The notes beneath the pieces are model-generated. The model was not told the DNA's origin. It saw nothing but the letters and a program-made list of their open reading frames with translations, and searched no databases. A stretch of DNA of 64,000 bases. It comes from an uncultured Pseudomonadota bacterium. GTDB lineage: Bacteria > Pseudomonadota > Alphaproteobacteria > JACZXZ01. Made by a program: the position numbers and the translations under genes. The stretch is taken from contig CAVVLJ010000021.1 of assembly GCA_963749075.1 (NCBI GenBank), positions 288,001-352,000 of the forward strand. The letters run 5' to 3'. This document shows, piece by piece, positions 61,210 to 64,000 of this stretch. Position 1 is the stretch's first letter, and the number at the start of each line of letters is the position of its first letter.

Positions 61210-61542
61210 CGTCACCCCCGCTTTCGCGGTAGTAGATGCACACAAGTATGAAGATCGCTGCCCAATCATGACGTTGCGCTGTCGAAGCGGCGCCTCGGAC
61301 CGGCGGCTATGCGTCCTTCGAGACGCTCGCTGCGCTCGCTCCTCAGGATGAGGCTAAGTCTTTCTGCCACCCACGAAATCTCCTCGTCCTGAGGAGCGCC
61401 CCAAAGGGGCGCGTCTCGAAGGACCCGCGGCGGTACTGCAAGCCTCCGCAAGATGCGTGCATCAGCAAGCGCGAAAGCGGGGGTCCATCTTTGACGGCCG
61501 ATTCCAGACCAACTATGGATTCCCGCTTGCGCGGGAATGACG
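61210..61542. repeat. CGTC-type REP doublet whose first REP is interrupted by a 251-bp element
   Basis: cgtcacccccgc (61210-61221) and gaaagcgggggtcca (61473-61487); inverted REP at 61516-61542. Confidence 0.85.
61222..61472. mobile_element. 251-bp non-coding MITE-like element, copy 2
   Basis: Near-identical to 28245-28495, same length and orientation. Confidence 0.8.
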
Positions 61543-61595
61543 GCGGATGGCGGGTAATGCGTTGAAAATAGGGTATCGTATTTAATCCTCCGCAT
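61543..61595 (-). pseudogene. possible 5' stub of a YafQ-like toxin gene
   Basis: ATG overlaps the antitoxin 3' end; MRRIKYDTLF resembles YafQ N-termini, then runs into the REP. Confidence 0.4.
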
Positions 61596-61845
61596 TCAGG
61601 TTCGCGAGCAACGCGTTGGCCCGGCCGGCCGTGACGAGTTCCCCCCGCCGTGCGGCCTTCATCGCCTCGATCGTGTCAGCGTTCGGAACGAGCGGCTCGA
61701 AGGGGAGCGCCTTTTCCGCCGCGATCCGCACCATCATGAGGCGAAAGGCATCGGACACGGTAAGCCCCATGGCCGCCAGCACGGCGGCGGCCTCGCGCTT
61801 GATGCGCTCGTCGATCCGCGCCCGCACGACAGAATTTGCCGCCAT
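61582..61845 (-). CDS. dinJ: RelB/DinJ family antitoxin
   Basis: VRARIDERIK.EA..VLAAMGLTVSDAFRL...LPFEP..PNADTIEAM. Confidence 0.88.
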   Translation of the reverse strand: MAANSVVRARIDERIKREAAAVLAAMGLTVSDAFRLMMVRIAAEKALPFEPLVPNADTIEAMKAARRGELVTAGRANALLANLNAED

Positions 61846-62041
61846 GATGCGGTCTCCTTTGGGCTACAATGTAGCACAAAAGCGAGCGGAGTCCAGAACG
61901 TGTCCAAAGCAAAATTTTCGCACGGATTTCAGAACATTGAGACGACGGACGTTTTCCCGTACAGATTCAGGAGATGTACCCGCGCTCTGCCTGGCGGCCG
62001 CATCGCGGAGCAAGGAGCGCAGGCACTCGACGAGGCACTCC

Positions 62042-63169
62042 ATGACGGCATTCCGCGTCGCTCATTGCGCTGCCAGGAGCTGCGCCGAGGCGGCCAGGGC
62101 CTGCGTGGCCGAGCTCCTTGCGGCGGGTCCCTTGGCGGGGCCGGGGGCGGCGCTCGGCTTCGTCTATGCGAGCGACGCCTTCGCCGGCGAGTTCGCCAGC
62201 CTCGTGACCTACCTGCGCGGCGCCACCGGAGTCGAGCAATGGGTGGGCACGCTCGGCATGGGGGTGCTGGCGACCGGCAAGGAGTATTTCGACGAGCCGG
62301 CGCTCGCCGTCATGGTCGCGAGCCTGCCCGAGAGCTCGTTCCGCGTCTTCCCCACGGTCGCCGATTCGCTCAGCAGTTTTCGCGCCGCGAACGGCGCCTG
62401 GATCAAGGAGAAGCAGCCGGCCCTCGCGGTGGTGCACGGCGATCCGAGCAACCAGCGACTGGGCCAGGTGCTCGAGGGGCTGACCGAGGAGGCCTCGTGC
62501 TTCCTCGTGGGCGGGCTCACCTCCTCGCGCGGTGCCATGAGCCAGGTGGCGGGCCAGGTCACCGCGGGCGGCGTCAGCGGCGTGCTGTTCTCTTCCGAGC
62601 TGGCCCTCCTGACCGGCCTCAGCCAGGGCTGCGCGCCGATCGGCCCCATGCATACGATCACCGCCTGCAGCACCAACGTGCTCTTCGAGCTCGACGACAG
62701 GCCGGCCCTCGAGGTCTTCAAGGAGGACGCGCGCGCCCTCATCGAGCGGCATTCCGCCGCGGCTGCGAGCTCCATCCACGCGGCCCTCCCCATCCGCGGC
62801 AGCGACACCGGCGACTATCTCGTGCGCAACCTCGTGGGCGCCGATCCGGCGCGCGGCTGGCTCGCCATCGCCGGCGAGCCCGAGAGCGGCGATGAGGTCA
62901 TGTTCTGCCGCCGCGACGAGGCGAGTGCCAGGCACGATCTCGCGCACATGCTCGAGCGCCTCGCGGCGCGCGCCAAGGGAGCGGCGCGCGGTGCGGTCTA
63001 TTACAGCTGCGTCGCGCGCGGGCCGCATCTCTTCGGACCCGGCTCGGCCGAGCTCGGCCTGTTGCGCGACGCCCTGGGCGAGGTGCCGCTCGTCGGCTTC
63101 TTCTGCAACGGGGAGATTTCCAACGCGCGGCTTTATGGCTATACCGGCGTGCTTGCGCTATTTCTCTAG
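62042..63169 (+). CDS. FIST domain protein
   Basis: LSQGCAPIG, LFELDDRPAL, SCVARG, GFFCNGEI. Confidence 0.9.
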   Translation: MTAFRVAHCAARSCAEAARACVAELLAAGPLAGPGAALGFVYASDAFAGEFASLVTYLRGATGVEQWVGTLGMGVLATGKEYFDEPALAVMVASLPESSFRVFPTVADSLSSFRAANGAWIKEKQPALAVVHGDPSNQRLGQVLEGLTEEASCFLVGGLTSSRGAMSQVAGQVTAGGVSGVLFSSELALLTGLSQGCAPIGPMHTITACSTNVLFELDDRPALEVFKEDARALIERHSAAAASSIHAALPIRGSDTGDYLVRNLVGADPARGWLAIAGEPESGDEVMFCRRDEASARHDLAHMLERLAARAKGAARGAVYYSCVARGPHLFGPGSAELGLLRDALGEVPLVGFFCNGEISNARLYGYTGVLALFL

Positions 63170-63217
63170 TGCAGGCGGGCTCTAGCGCCGGCGGGGAAAA
63201 GACGGGACCGGGGCATC

Positions 63218-63811
63218 ATGATCCGCCTGTTCGTCGGCCTCGAGTTGCCCGAGGACATGCGGCGACGCCTCGCCTTGCTCGGCGGCGGCGTGCCGGGCGC
63301 GCGCTGGGTCAGGCCCGAGAGCTATCACGTCACCGTGCGCTTCATCGGCGAGGTGGACGAGGGCCGCTTCGAGGACATCCACATGGCCCTCTCGCGCATC
63401 CAGGCGCCGAGCTTCGAGCTCATGCTCGACGGCGTCTCGACCTTCGGCAAGGCGAGCGCTCCCCATACCCTCTGGGCCGGCGTGCAGCGCGACGAGACGC
63501 TCAGCACACTCCACGCCAAGGTCGACCGCGCCCTCATCACCACCGGGCTCGAGCCGGAAAGCCGCAAATATTCGCCCCACGTGACCTTGGCGCGCCTCAA
63601 GGAGAGCTCGGTCAGGCGGCTTGGCGGCTTCGTCGCCGCCAACTCCCTCTTCCGCGCCGGGCCGGTGCGCGTCGGGCACTTCGTGCTGTTCTCGAGCTTC
63701 CTCTCGAGGAGCGGGGCGATCTATAAGCCGGAGGCGCATTACCCGCTCGGCGGCCCGCACGATCCGCCCGCCTCCCTGGCCCTCCCCCTCGAGGAGGGAG
63801 AGGAAAGCTGA
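63218..63811 (+). CDS. thpR: RNA 2',3'-cyclic phosphodiesterase (2H family)
   Basis: RLFVGL and two HxT motifs (HVTVRF, PHVTLAR). Confidence 0.9.
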   Translation: MIRLFVGLELPEDMRRRLALLGGGVPGARWVRPESYHVTVRFIGEVDEGRFEDIHMALSRIQAPSFELMLDGVSTFGKASAPHTLWAGVQRDETLSTLHAKVDRALITTGLEPESRKYSPHVTLARLKESSVRRLGGFVAANSLFRAGPVRVGHFVLFSSFLSRSGAIYKPEAHYPLGGPHDPPASLALPLEEGEES

Positions 63812-63820
63812 GCGGTGCCG

Positions 63821-64000
63821 CTAAGGTGCCGGCGGCGCGTCCGCGTCGGGACCTCGCGGGAAATGCGCCTTGCCCATGTCCTCGACCGCGCGCACGACGC
63901 GCTCGGCGATGATGTCGAGGAGCGCCTCGTCGGGCGGATCCTCGTTGAGCGCCACCACGAGCGCCGTCTCGCTCGCGGGCTCGTAGAGCATTGCCACGTT
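63821..64000 (-). CDS. 3' end of a gene running off the window, possibly a serine hydrolase/beta-lactamase fold
   Basis: Open frame NVAMLYEPASETALVVALNEDP...*. Confidence 0.45.
   Translation of the reverse strand, partial: NVAMLYEPASETALVVALNEDPPDEALLDIIAERVVRAVEDMGKAHFPRGPDADAPPAP

Overview
High-GC alphaproteobacterial chromosome segment, probably Rhodospirillales-like (inferred from gene content and repeat families). It carries a near-complete type II secretion cluster (gspO, G, K, D, C/N-like, M, L, J, I, H, F, E), a Dpp/Opp ABC operon, a PotABCD-like ABC operon with an atypical M24 hydrolase, egtB-egtD, hutH, speD, dadA and the yccA-ybbP-ybbA-tesA-thpR block, plus glycosyltransferases and two apparently orphan antitoxins. 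No rRNA, tRNA or CRISPR array was recognised. Most notable: (1) two ~96% identical copies of a 251-bp non-coding element, each inserted at the same position of a CGTC-type REP palindrome and each carrying a second REP doublet inside; (2) a co-oriented block of a beta-barrel protein with a (Pro-Thr)~37 tail, a DUF6065-JmjC fusion, a GT-C-like membrane protein and a polyprenol-P-sugar synthase-GtrA fusion, a candidate surface-protein modification system; (3) a ~120-bp double palindrome in frame in the gspJ leader; (4) three +1 frameshifts that all read GTTC where GTC is expected. All family calls come from motif recognition by eye, not database searches.
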